From Barthelona sp. PCE (taxonomy: Eukaryota), in NCBI GenBank assembly GCA_040285745.1, contig JAUFOR010000006.1, positions 434,001 to 498,000 of the forward strand: 64,000 nucleotides of DNA, given 5' to 3'. The notes under the pieces are model-generated. The model saw only the letters and a list, made by a program, of their open reading frames with translations. It ran no database searches and was not told the origin of the DNA. Below are positions 39,279 through 50,218 of the stretch, piece after piece (within the stretch, counting starts at the first letter, position 1; each line of letters starts with the position of its first letter). The position numbers and the translations under genes were made by a program.

Positions 39279-39851
39279 ATGCCTTCTGGAAGCCCAAATA
39301 AGAAAAGATCAAAGGTGAAGAAGAAGTTTGTTCCGTTTCTAGAGCAATTCGAGGATGAAAGATTAGAGTACGAGAAACTGGCTCGAACAGTCACGGAATT
39401 CAATTCAGATCAACGTAAAAATTTAGCACAGGTTGTTAACATAGCAAAACTCATTAATAGACCAGATCCACCGCTTGCTGTAGGTACGAAACCTCACGTC
39501 CCGCCATCTCCAACAAAGAGAAGCCAATCCCCAACCAGTGATTATTTTAGTAGGTATAGCACTGATGAATATCTAATGTCGATTGATAACGAGGATATTA
39601 CGCTTTCTGTAGATGATGACAACAACCCTTTTTATTCATATACAGTGTATAAGAATGGAAGGGGATACTCAGGGCTACCGATGCCACGTATGCCAATGAA
39701 TAATCATTATTCTCATTTAACAGATGAACGTACTAAACAAATTGAGGAATTTAGAAAACAATTTGAAGTACGTAAACCAAAGAAGAAACCTAGATTTCGT
39801 AAAGGAAGGAAGAAATTAAAACAAAAGAGTAGGGAAGAAGATTCAACCTAA
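39279..39851 (+). CDS. Hypothetical basic, low-complexity protein
   Basis: ORF 39192-39851; MPSGSP start preferred; NLS-like basic tracts. Confidence 0.6.
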   Translation: MPSGSPNKKRSKVKKKFVPFLEQFEDERLEYEKLARTVTEFNSDQRKNLAQVVNIAKLINRPDPPLAVGTKPHVPPSPTKRSQSPTSDYFSRYSTDEYLMSIDNEDITLSVDDDNNPFYSYTVYKNGRGYSGLPMPRMPMNNHYSHLTDERTKQIEEFRKQFEVRKPKKKPRFRKGRKKLKQKSREEDST

Positions 39852-39875
39852 TGTTTTTTACTTGTTTTTTTGACA

Positions 39876-42362
39876 TTAAAAAATATCTTTAACTCTATTT
39901 TGCAAAAATTCAACATCTTGATCAGCAGAGTGAAGCGCTTGAATCGCTGCGCTTACAAGTTTCTGTAGATTTGCAATTTCTCTCAATGTTCTAGCGCTAT
40001 CACTACTGGTGAAGTAATGAAGAATATTATCACTTAAAACCTTAATTTTTGTCTCCAAAATCGTCCTTAAAGCAGTTCTTTCACTCATTATACGGTTATG
40101 GAATTGTTCTAAAGCAGCGACATGGTCACGAGAGATGACAGGTTTCTGTTGTTGCACATGTGGTTGTTCTTTGATTTGATTGCGAAGTTGTTCTATCGTC
40201 TCATTCTTTTCTCTTAAAGTGGAGCTAAGAGCTTTAATCTTATCATCATAATATGCAGTTAGCTTTGTCTCAGCCTCTTCATTAGTCGTTGTACCACCAA
40301 CGGAACTCATACGTTCAATGCGCTCAGTTAACATACGGTTCTCCTCTTGTAAACCTCGTACTTTGACATCAACTTGTTCTTCAACTAAGTGCTCTAGTTT
40401 ATCCTTCAAGAAGTTCTGAAGTTCCTGCAGATCACTCCTACTTTGGTTAAGCTCAATCTTCAGGCGCAGGACATCATCATCATGATGTTCTTGTTGAAAG
40501 GATCCAATCAAATTTTGATAATGCTTGATCCTATCACCAAGATTAATAATCGTGAATTCTCGACTGTGTATCCTCGCAGTCATCGAAAGCATGATGTCTC
40601 TCTGTTTGAGAAGTAGTTGTTTGTATTTATCAACTTGCAAATCATCTGTTGAAGATTTCTTCAGTTGAGAGACGTGGAATTTGAACTGACTCTCTAATTT
40701 AGTCTTCTCCTCCTTCAAAGCCTTCTGCAACTCGGCGTTGAAGACTGGATTCGAACGAACTGAATCAGAGCTGAACAACTGAGACTGCATCAACTTGATC
40801 TTTTCTTCTAAGACACGTTTGTGCTTCTGAGCCTCGAAGAACTCCTTGCTGCGTACTTCCAGCGCTGTCAGTGCAGCAGTTTTGTCCGCATCTGCTTTCT
40901 TTGCACGTTCTTCTAACTCTGAAACATCAACACCGAGGTTGGAACTCGAAAAGTTCTTATTTTTCAATTGCTCACGTAAGTGTTTCAGCTCCCTCTCATA
41001 CCGCCTGATGAGCGCCTTTTGATTGAGGTCCTCATTGACCTTGGCCTCATTCTTGATGTTCTTGGCACGATTTGCGAATTTCAAAGTCGATCTTGTCTCT
41101 ACGAATGAATCCAGTGCAGGAGAAATGTTTGCAATCATGGTAGTCTTGGTATTACCACCGATGGAGTCAGCAAGCACACGTGTCAGCTTTGAATCACGGT
41201 AAGGAATATGAGATCTTAACTTCTTCTCATTCAGTGCAGAAATGACATTACCCAATGTAGAAAGAGAACGATTGATATATGTTGCCTCTGTGAAACGGGC
41301 GCCTGACGCACCTGCTTTCCTAACACGCTCAGAACCAGCAAGATCAACGAGATTCAACTTACCAATACGAATAACCTGATTCCTGTTATCATCTGTGGTT
41401 GTCCTCACAATCTTGTGTTTTTTGGCATGTGGGGTGGCCTGTAATGAATTCTGCATATGTGTAACCTCATTTTTGAACATTTTATCAGTTTCTGAACCAA
41501 GTACCTCACTTTGTTCAACAACAAGAATGAAAATTGCATGAGAACGAGAGGAAACATCGTTGAGATCCGTGGCTGCTACAGCACGCTCCTCAGCACCCCT
41601 ATCCATCAGTGAATAGACTTCATCTGGTGATCTGACGATCCATTCAGACAAACCTTCTACATAAATGCCTTTAGATGAAGATTCACGGATTGTTAGGTTT
41701 GTTCGTTCTGGTTTGAGTAGATCTGAGATCTCATCGTTGTAAATTTGCAAGTAAGAAGCGCGTACTAGCCAATTGATACGTTCTCCCTTACAATCTGTAA
41801 TGAAATCGAAAATCTCCTTGATTGCTCGTGGTACAATACCAGGTCTTGATCCATCCTCGCAGCCATGCATTGTGAATGTCTTTCCTGCACCGGTTTGACC
41901 ATATGCAATGATGGAAGCGTTATAACCGCATAATGAGGATTCAACAGCAATGCGCGCAGTGTTATTGTACACGTCTGTCTGCGTCGCCTGCTGGTCGTAC
42001 ACCTGATCGAATGTGAATTGATAGTTTGAGTATGAAACAACAACCTCATCTGAATCAATAGGAACATCACTTAATGCTATGGCTTTGGCATCACTGACCT
42101 TCACGCAACACCTGAACCCATCCGCTAACTCACGGTGAATGGGTGGACGTACACGAATAACAACCTTGAAATTCTTTGCAACATCTGAATTGTCTTCAGT
42201 CAAAAACTTGTGTCTGAGTGCGTAGAGTTTCATCAACCCCGGATCGCGCTTAATGATTTCATATGCCTAAATGTAAGTTACGTAATGAATATCGAACGGT
42301 AATGTAGCCGCACAAATTGATGTACATACGGGATCGTCTAGATAGTCTTCGTCGAAACTCAT
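39876..42362 (-). CDS. N-terminal motor kinesin with coiled-coil stalk; exons 42362-42330 and 42266-39876
   Basis: KVVIRVRP, AYGQTGAGKT, SSRSH, LVDLAGSER, HIPYRDSKLT; splicing adds in-frame MSFDEDYLDDP|AYEIIKRD. Confidence 0.92.
42267..42329 (-). other. 63-nt phase-0 spliceosomal intron in the kinesin gene
   Basis: GTATGT...CGTAACTTACATTTAG; its terminal TAG is an in-frame stop; removal joins the ATG exon to the kinesin ORF. Confidence 0.85.
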
Positions 42363-42889
42363 GTGTGAAAATACGTTGCTTTTAGCAAAACGTGCTTGTG
42401 AAAAGGAAAGAAACAGTTAAACAAATTTGTTTGCTGTTATGACATTGCGCTCCATGATAAGCTATTCAATATTAGTTTAAAGTCCACGATATCCTTTGAT
42501 TTAGTGGCTTAGAGCATTTACGTTTTCCAATCAAAAGAAGGTATATGATAGAGTTGTTTTTGGTATACATTATTTTGATTTATTGCATCATATGGTGATA
42601 TATATCCACACAAAGGAAAGAGATCATGAATTATAGGGATTCTCATTGTTTACTTTTTTCGCAATGCTTCATTTTTTGCAATAATGTTGTTTAAAATGAA
42701 GCAAAGTTTAGTGCGTATTCGAAAACATCATTAAGATATTTTTTAAGGACATAAAAAAAGAATCTTGAAAATTTGGCAAAAACTTGATAGGTTTACAAGT
42801 AGAAAAACCAATGCAAAGGCACAAATGGTTCTTTTATGATAAATTGCAACAAAAATAGTTGATAATATGAAAAGTCAAAACGATTAAAA

Positions 42890-43348
42890 TTAGATAAACT
42901 GCATATCGCAGCAAACACAGCTTGTGAGTTCTGCAATATGCCCTGCATCTACAATAGCAAGCGAATTTAACATAGTATATGAAACTTCTGAGGAGTTGGA
43001 CCTTGTCAATGATGATGTAATCTGTGTATCTCTAAATCGAGGTAACACTGGTGCAGACTCCAGAAACTGTTCTAAAGAAGGCTCTTCTTGACATACAAGA
43101 CTCTCTGTTGAGAACAGAGAATCACTATTAGTATTGGTTTTTGATGTGATGAAAGGACTGAGACTACGGGATTGACCCCGCAGCTTAGGGGAGATCTTTA
43201 GCGAACCGGGAGGAGAAGCAGTTCGACTGGATGACTTTGTAGAGTTGCGTGAAGATTTTTTCTTCTTACTTTTAATTGTAGCAGGGACAGCAATGCGCTT
43301 CCGCTGCTGGAAAGTTGGTGCTCGGCGTTGGACTCTGACTCTATTCAT
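42890..43348 (-). CDS. Hypothetical Ser/basic-rich protein
   Basis: 152-aa ATG-initiated ORF, more GC-rich than its flanks. Confidence 0.6.
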   Translation of the reverse strand: MNRVRVQRRAPTFQQRKRIAVPATIKSKKKKSSRNSTKSSSRTASPPGSLKISPKLRGQSRSLSPFITSKTNTNSDSLFSTESLVCQEEPSLEQFLESAPVLPRFRDTQITSSLTRSNSSEVSYTMLNSLAIVDAGHIAELTSCVCCDMQFI

Positions 43349-43786
43349 TTGAAATGGGTAAGAAAATGTTGTTGATTCATTTTCTAGATCAACCCGGTTA
43401 CAGTTTTTTTTCTACCTTTGTGTGTGGTTAAAGTGAGGATTGCATCGTTTCTCCGATTGTAAAGTTCCGCATTTACATTCTTGTCGAATTAGAATTATAG
43501 CAGGGTTGAACCTTTTTCTGTATCACAGCTTAAAAATAGCTCACAGCCTGGATAGTACCAACGGAGCACGTTTCAAGTAAAGAATCACGGATTTAACGCT
43601 TCAGGTCAGGAAAGTTAAACTTCACTCATTGTCAGTGTTGTGACGGTGCCACCACGTACAGAGGTTCCAAACCAGCTATAGTTCCATCTAAACCTTTGTA
43701 TGACTCAGAAAGAAGCTCATGATCCTGCTTTTTGAAGTTTTCTCATTTTCCTTGACTTAGTTCTTATTTAAGGTCTTCAAAGTATC

Positions 43787-46700
43787 ATGCCCGAGCATTT
43801 CACATACAAGAATGGCCAGTTAACTGCAGTTGACAATTCTACACGTGCAAGCAATCCCATTGATGAAGAAGATGATGTCATTACTTCATATGGTGTCTAT
43901 GGCACAAACGTCACAGCATCTGGAGGATACACCAACAGCCGTCACTACAATGCCACTTACGGTGTTGTCACAGGAACCAGTATGGATGATGATGATCCAC
44001 TTGGTATCGCTGGAATGTACTACGGCGGAGGCTACAACAGGGGCCCCATCAAGCCCAAGCGCCCATCCATTGGGTATCTTGGTCTTAGCAATCAGGGAGC
44101 AACTTGTTATATGAACTCTTTGATCCAAACATTGTATATGACCCCTGAGCTCCGAACCATGGTTTATAACTGGAAGTACGTTCCTGACGTACACGGTGTT
44201 ACAGAATCATGCATACCTTTCCAGTTACAGCGACTTTTTTCACGTTTACAGGTGTCTGATCATCATTCATGCGAGACAAAGGACCTTACCAAGTCATTTG
44301 GCTGGACCGGCAGTGATGTGTTTATGCAGCATGACGTCCAGGAGTTGTTTTGTGTCTTAATCGATGCACTCGAAAGAGCCACAGCAAACACCCCCTTGGC
44401 AGAGAACCTTGCTAAGCTTTACACTGGTGGAATGGGTTCACTCATCCAATGTATGTCATGCGGTTACAGATCTGAGAACAGAACAGGTTTCACATCTATT
44501 GCGTTACCTATCAGAGAGATGGACATGTACGGTCGATCCACAGTTATTCCCACTCTTGAAGAGGCGCTTAACAAGTACGTAATTACAGAGACCCTCGAGG
44601 GAGACAACGCGTACTCATGTAGCGGTTGTAATAACATGGTCCGTGCCGACAAGCGTATGGCACTTTTCCAGTTACCAGACGTCATGAACATCCAGCTCAT
44701 GCGTTTCGACTTTGACTATCAGACGATGCGTAGGATCAAGATCAACGAACGCGTTGCTTTCCCGCTTTATCTCGATATGGATCAGTGGTTGGGTGATAGC
44801 AAGGGTACTACTAACTATACAACGACTGCTAACTTCAAGCAACGTAAGGAGGGTGCAAATGTTTATGAGTTGTATTCAGTCCTCATTCAGTCAGGTTCGG
44901 CAATGGGTGGTCACTACTACTGTCTTACGAAGAACATGGATGACGGAATGTGGTACAAATTCAACGATTCCTCTGTCACTCAAGCAACAGAAGACGACAT
45001 TGAAACCTATTTCGGTGGACAAAGATCACACGCTAACGCTTACATGCTTGTGTACCGTCGTGTATCATCAGGAGTTAAGCTCCCAGTTAAGGATGAGGTA
45101 CCTGAAACTCACATTGATGAGATCAAAGATGAGCACGAGGAAGCACTCAAGGCATATGAAAGAGAGCTGGAGAAGCGCTCCAAGCTTACAGTTCAAGTGT
45201 ACCTCACAGCTCAGGACATTAATATGGTCGACGAAGACTGCATTGACCCAGAAGAGAAGTCGAACTACGGTATGACTTATTACAACACGACTTCCGACGA
45301 TGACAAGAAGCAGGAACCCTATCCATTCCCTATCTTAGATTGTGCTTCTGCCCCTAAAAAGTCTTATCACTCTCATTCGAAGAATTACAGATATGAACCA
45401 ATCTATTCCTCAAAGTATCCTGAGACAGCATCTGTTTTTGTTAAGAAGAGCGAGTATACGTGGGAGACCATGGAAGACCTCGTTCATGAGAAGTTTAAGC
45501 TCCCTATTGCACGTAACAACTTCAGACTCATTGAGTATCGCGGCCAGACCCCGTTAAGATCAATTGATCCCGATACACCGCTACAGTCCGCGTGTTATGG
45601 GCAGAAGATGAACGTCTTGATGGAGACAAAGACAGATGGAGAGGCTTTCATGCCTTACAAGGCAGATATGACTAAGTATCGATTTACTGTTTTTACACCT
45701 CAGATGGAACCTGTCAGTGAGTTTTCTGATATTCCACCGGGTCTTGGTGGATCATGCTCTGCTCCTAGATGGTTTTCTGTGCCCCGCGCTAGAACCACCA
45801 TTGGTCAGATCTTGCAGGGTATCTCTGAGGCATCCGGTATCCCCATTAATGAGCTTGCTGTTACTCATCACGGCCATGGCGCCATCACCCGTGTTGATGA
45901 GCAGAACCACAATCTTGCTATCATGGCTCTTCGTAGTGTTCACATTATTAGTGGTGCTCTCTTCATTGTCGAGAGAATTGCTCCTGAAGCACCCTCTGTC
46001 GTTGAAAAGCACTTGCGTATCCTCAAGGACCTTATGGTATTGACATGGGAGTTCCACCCCGAGGAAGACTGTGATGATGACGCAGTTGTCACACACCGTA
46101 CAATGGTTAAGCTCAGTGACACGTTTGATGATCTTCGAAATACAGTTGCCCAGACCATCGCTGTTGATCCTAGCAACGTTCGTATGTTCTTGAAGAAAAC
46201 AATTCGTCTTGAGGAGATTACCGATCTTACAGAGGCTATCTCCGATAGAAGGTATTCACTTAACTTGGTCTGTCGACCCGGTGAGGGTGTTCGTAATGAG
46301 GATGGTGTTATCCGTCTTCAAGCACGTTTCTTACCCATTGTTGATATAATGCCAGGTGTAGAGATCGAATGGCCTCGTTATGGTTCCACTGAGAACAGAC
46401 ACGCTTATGTTGAAGAAGGATGCACCATGGATGAGGCCAAATTGGCATTATTAGAGGCATTTGAGTTTGATCTTGAGAAGTACGATATCCCTATTGAGAA
46501 GGTTCGTATTCGTAAGATGTTCTACGGAACTGCGCGTTCGGTCATCACTGAGGTCAAGGATATGCTCCACGCCGAGGTTGGTGTCGAGGTACTCCCCTTC
46601 AGTGATGCCGTCAAGGTTAATCCGACGGATGTCTCATGTCAGTTCCACGTTATTGATGAAGAGGGCAAAGAAGTTCTTGCAGCAGGAACAATTGTCGTAC

Positions 46701-47134
46701 CCTTACATGTGCGCGTTGGTCAGTTCAAGGAGAAGGTTTGTGCACGTCTTGGCTTGGAAAATTTCAAACCAGAAGATTTGAATGTTGCAGTCACATATTC
46801 AACGCTTGTCACAACTAGTACTTTCTCCAACGCCACCTGGACTTACTACGACAAGAGCGATGAACATAAGATGGTTATGTCTCCTTTCTCACTGAGAGAT
46901 GGTCAGAAGTATATTATTAAATTGAAGTCAACTGTGATCCAACGTAAGACTTATAGTTATTACAGTGGTCGTACAGGCGGTACTTCTTCTTCTACATATG
47001 TCAGCTCTTATAGCAGTTCATACAGAACTAGAGAGAGAGGACTTAAGATTCACGTTGCTAATGATCTTTCTATTAGCCCCAAAGCTGAAGAAGGAGAGGT
47101 AGAAGAAACCGGTTCCAGTCCTGATAACCAGTAA
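43787..47134 (+). CDS. Ubiquitin-specific protease, USP47/USP40-like
   Basis: Cys box GLSNQGATCYMNS, LTKSFGW, QHDVQE, His box GGHYY, FNDS; UBL-like C-terminal region and RERGLKI tail. Confidence 0.92.
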   Translation: MPEHFTYKNGQLTAVDNSTRASNPIDEEDDVITSYGVYGTNVTASGGYTNSRHYNATYGVVTGTSMDDDDPLGIAGMYYGGGYNRGPIKPKRPSIGYLGLSNQGATCYMNSLIQTLYMTPELRTMVYNWKYVPDVHGVTESCIPFQLQRLFSRLQVSDHHSCETKDLTKSFGWTGSDVFMQHDVQELFCVLIDALERATANTPLAENLAKLYTGGMGSLIQCMSCGYRSENRTGFTSIALPIREMDMYGRSTVIPTLEEALNKYVITETLEGDNAYSCSGCNNMVRADKRMALFQLPDVMNIQLMRFDFDYQTMRRIKINERVAFPLYLDMDQWLGDSKGTTNYTTTANFKQRKEGANVYELYSVLIQSGSAMGGHYYCLTKNMDDGMWYKFNDSSVTQATEDDIETYFGGQRSHANAYMLVYRRVSSGVKLPVKDEVPETHIDEIKDEHEEALKAYERELEKRSKLTVQVYLTAQDINMVDEDCIDPEEKSNYGMTYYNTTSDDDKKQEPYPFPILDCASAPKKSYHSHSKNYRYEPIYSSKYPETASVFVKKSEYTWETMEDLVHEKFKLPIARNNFRLIEYRGQTPLRSIDPDTPLQSACYGQKMNVLMETKTDGEAFMPYKADMTKYRFTVFTPQMEPVSEFSDIPPGLGGSCSAPRWFSVPRARTTIGQILQGISEASGIPINELAVTHHGHGAITRVDEQNHNLAIMALRSVHIISGALFIVERIAPEAPSVVEKHLRILKDLMVLTWEFHPEEDCDDDAVVTHRTMVKLSDTFDDLRNTVAQTIAVDPSNVRMFLKKTIRLEEITDLTEAISDRRYSLNLVCRPGEGVRNEDGVIRLQARFLPIVDIMPGVEIEWPRYGSTENRHAYVEEGCTMDEAKLALLEAFEFDLEKYDIPIEKVRIRKMFYGTARSVITEVKDMLHAEVGVEVLPFSDAVKVNPTDVSCQFHVIDEEGKEVLAAGTIVVPLHVRVGQFKEKVCARLGLENFKPEDLNVAVTYSTLVTTSTFSNATWTYYDKSDEHKMVMSPFSLRDGQKYIIKLKSTVIQRKTYSYYSGRTGGTSSSTYVSSYSSSYRTRERGLKIHVANDLSISPKAEEGEVEETGSSPDNQ

Positions 47135-47182
47135 ATGTTAAGTTTATTGTTAAATTTGTGTTTTACTTTTTTCATCGCTTTT

Positions 47183-48040
47183 ATGCAAAGTTTCAGTCAA
47201 TTGGATTGGTCCAACATTCAGGGCCCCGTCAAGGCGGGCATTTTGGCCATTGCAGATTATATTGAGAACCTTGAGTTTAAATTTACTCATGAGATCGACA
47301 ATATTCACGGGTTATTGAATCAAATAATGGAGGGACATCAAGCGTTAGCTACGAACGACGCGTTGAAGATCACAAATGTATCATTAAAGAACCTAGAAGA
47401 GAAACTAACAGGTTATACCACTCGTGCAGGTTTTAACTCTCTTGTACACAGCGTGCGGGAGCTTGAGTCAACAGTTGCCAACAAGGTTGACAGCACACAG
47501 TTCAAGACTGTGGTTAAGCAGAAGTATTTTGACGATTTATTAGAGATGTTACGCAATGAAGTCCAGTCGTCTTTTGGTGGTATTCATAAAGCACTTGCTG
47601 ATAAGGTGAACCACTCCGAACTTGATGATTTTGCAAAACTGTCTGTTGTTAAAAGTGATTATAGTCGTATAAGTGATGTTCTTGATCAAATGACAGGTGA
47701 AATTCAAGAAGCAAAAGCTCATATAAGTAACCAGGAAGCTAGATTCACAGAGTTTGAAGGCGATTTGTTGCATTCATTAGATCAGGTTGTTGCAAAATTA
47801 GAAGAAAGTGATGCAAAAGTTACACAAACAGTACATAGTTTGGAAGATCTGAGAAGTACAACTGCACAGGATCTGGAAGACCTGGTGGCGTTTGCAAACT
47901 CCCAACAGGTACACTCTACAGCCCTTCGTAAGGATCTTGATGCTCTATGCTCTTTTAGTGAGAAATTGATGGCTGTTGTGAATCCCACACCGAGTATAGA
48001 CTCACCACGCAGTTCTCTTAAGGCAAGGACGCACTTCTAA
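47183..48040 (+). CDS. Hypothetical coiled-coil protein
   Basis: Heptad-rich ORF 47135-48040; the ATG at 47135 abuts the USP stop, so MQSF at 47183 is preferred. Confidence 0.7.
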   Translation: MQSFSQLDWSNIQGPVKAGILAIADYIENLEFKFTHEIDNIHGLLNQIMEGHQALATNDALKITNVSLKNLEEKLTGYTTRAGFNSLVHSVRELESTVANKVDSTQFKTVVKQKYFDDLLEMLRNEVQSSFGGIHKALADKVNHSELDDFAKLSVVKSDYSRISDVLDQMTGEIQEAKAHISNQEARFTEFEGDLLHSLDQVVAKLEESDAKVTQTVHSLEDLRSTTAQDLEDLVAFANSQQVHSTALRKDLDALCSFSEKLMAVVNPTPSIDSPRSSLKARTHF

Positions 48041-48063
48041 CAACAGTGTTAGTAAATATGTGT

Positions 48064-49242
48064 TTATTGGATTAGATCGTCTTGAGATTCTCCATAAATG
48101 TCGGCCTTACCCTTGAGCGTCGGTACATCAGTTTTCTTCAGTTCCTCGAAATGCTCCATGTCGTGCACGTACTCCTCAGCAATGGGGCAGTCATAGGTAC
48201 CCTTCTCGATAGTTCCGTCTGAAACAACGGAAAAGAACTCATCAAAGTCTATGAAGGCCTGCCACTTTCCGTCTCTGTACATCGTTTTGCGGGCCAAGCA
48301 CACTGCCCTAGACCTGGGGTGCACCGAGATGAGCTCGTATTCAGGGATAAAAGGAAGAAGGCGTTTGGTCATTTCACATAACTGACTGATGGAAGTTACG
48401 TTTTCCCACTCCAGAGCATCCCTTGCGTGTCCGACATAACTGAGCCCCTTGAGCTCAATGAAATCGGGTCGGCCACGATTGATTAGTTCACCGTATTCCT
48501 CTAAGAACCTGGGTTCGATGTTCATATGTCTTACGCACGTTAATCTGATAACCGTCCGTTCAGGTCTGGCACTAAGGATGTCGAGAGAAGCGAGAAGGCG
48601 CTCCCAGTAGTCCTTGTACACAGGGCGATCAATAGCTTTCAAAGCCTGTGAATTAGACGCATCAACACTGAGATACAGCTGTGTTACGGGTGTCAGATCC
48701 GCAATTGCCTGCGGGTGCTGCCCGTTGGTGACCAGGAATGTGGATATTCCCATGCCGTGTAGCTGGTTGATGAAAGTATTGACCTCAGGATAAAGAAGTG
48801 GTTCTCCTACAAGGGACAGGGCACAGTGCTTAATATCAAGGGAATCAGTAAGGCGTCCCATATCAACACCGGCGATGCCCTGGCGTTCTTTGATAAGGTG
48901 GTGCTGGGCTTTCAAACACTGGGTAAGTAGATCTTCAGCATTATCCATATCCCACTTCCATTCATCCTGATAGATGGGCGTACGCTGATGGCGCCAGCAG
49001 AAGACGCAGCGGTTCGAGCACGCAGCGTTTGTGCTCATCTGCATACATTTACCAGTACCAATATTATAGAATTGTTGTTTGTAACAGTATGAACCATCAA
49101 GTAAATACTTCTTCGTCCAGTCACAGAGCTTTACAGCACTGTGTGACCCAACGACCTTGTAAGCCTGACGTTTTAAGTCGTTTGTGAGTTCGTCTGTGAG
49201 TAAAGGATTGCTCAGATCTTCAATATCTGGAATTTCTGCCAT
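48064..49242 (-). CDS. TYW1: tRNA 4-demethylwyosine synthase TYW1 (radical SAM), without flavodoxin domain
   Basis: GSHSAVKLCDWTK, CYKQQFYNI, CSNRCVFCWRH, HCALSLVGEP, FLVTNG, QLYLSVDA, PDFIELKG. Confidence 0.93.
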   Translation of the reverse strand: MAEIPDIEDLSNPLLTDELTNDLKRQAYKVVGSHSAVKLCDWTKKYLLDGSYCYKQQFYNIGTGKCMQMSTNAACSNRCVFCWRHQRTPIYQDEWKWDMDNAEDLLTQCLKAQHHLIKERQGIAGVDMGRLTDSLDIKHCALSLVGEPLLYPEVNTFINQLHGMGISTFLVTNGQHPQAIADLTPVTQLYLSVDASNSQALKAIDRPVYKDYWERLLASLDILSARPERTVIRLTCVRHMNIEPRFLEEYGELINRGRPDFIELKGLSYVGHARDALEWENVTSISQLCEMTKRLLPFIPEYELISVHPRSRAVCLARKTMYRDGKWQAFIDFDEFFSVVSDGTIEKGTYDCPIAEEYVHDMEHFEELKKTDVPTLKGKADIYGESQDDLIQ

Positions 49243-49590
49243 GTGATTGTGTTTGGGTGCAAAAAACGCGTAAAAATAGCCAAAAAAAAAAAAGGTTGAA
49301 AGGAGAGATAAGCTGAAAAGCAGCGAAATCATTGGCTTTTTGTATGGGTACCGAATCATTACTGGCACAGCATTTTGAAGAATTTTACGTGGCTAAACAT
49401 TGATATCCGACCACAATAGTCAAGTTCTGAGGAGAGCATTCTGGACCTATGCCAGTCTCAGACGCTCACTAATATTTCTAGGCAAAGACTAGTTTAAAGC
49501 GGTATATTTCATGCAAAGAGGTGCTTTCAAAACAGAATAAAGCTGTTGAATCGCTTTTTACCTCTTACTTTTTGTTGTTTTGGATAATAT

Positions 49591-50202
49591 ATGCAGAATA
49601 ATCATTTGGCATCATATATTCCGCCCCCATCATTCGGTACAATTGCGACCGACCTGTACAGAAGCAACATCCCATCTGAACCCAATTTTTCTTTTCTCGA
49701 GCGTCTTTCATTAAATTCGTTTCTTGTTCTGGGCAGCGCTGTACTGGGTCCATCACTGCATGCATTCTCAGAGTTGAATGGAATCGATATTCTTCGAGTT
49801 CCCATTGATGAACCCAATGATCGGCTTGTTAAGCGCGCAATGGATCTTCTCTGCGACAGAGCATACTACCCATCAATGGTTATGTGCGTAGATGGGTTGC
49901 ATCTCACAGGGTTGTTACACGGAGCTATTCGAATTTTTCAAAGATGGAATTTCACAAGTATAATCGTTGAATACAGAGGTTTTGCTGGAATCAGCTCCCG
50001 TACAAACATAGAGTTATCTATGGAAATGCTTGATACTGATTTGATATCATTTCCTTCATGGTTAGCACTAAATAGGATTCCTGAAGAAGAACCGAAAGAG
50101 GATGATCCTCCATGGTTACATTATTTTGGTAAAAAGTACACACCAGTATGTTCAAAAAATGCTATTTTTACTGAAAAAAGCTTGCTCCCTTTGGACGATT
50201 AG
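49591..50202 (+). CDS. OCA/Siw14-family (PFA-DSP) phosphatase-like protein, probably inactive
   Basis: PPPSFG....LYRS..P...NFSFL, YP....C..G.H.TG, R.FQ.W...SI..EY..FAG. Confidence 0.85.
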   Translation: MQNNHLASYIPPPSFGTIATDLYRSNIPSEPNFSFLERLSLNSFLVLGSAVLGPSLHAFSELNGIDILRVPIDEPNDRLVKRAMDLLCDRAYYPSMVMCVDGLHLTGLLHGAIRIFQRWNFTSIIVEYRGFAGISSRTNIELSMEMLDTDLISFPSWLALNRIPEEEPKEDDPPWLHYFGKKYTPVCSKNAIFTEKSLLPLDD

Positions 50203-50218
50203 AAAAAAAACAAAAAAA

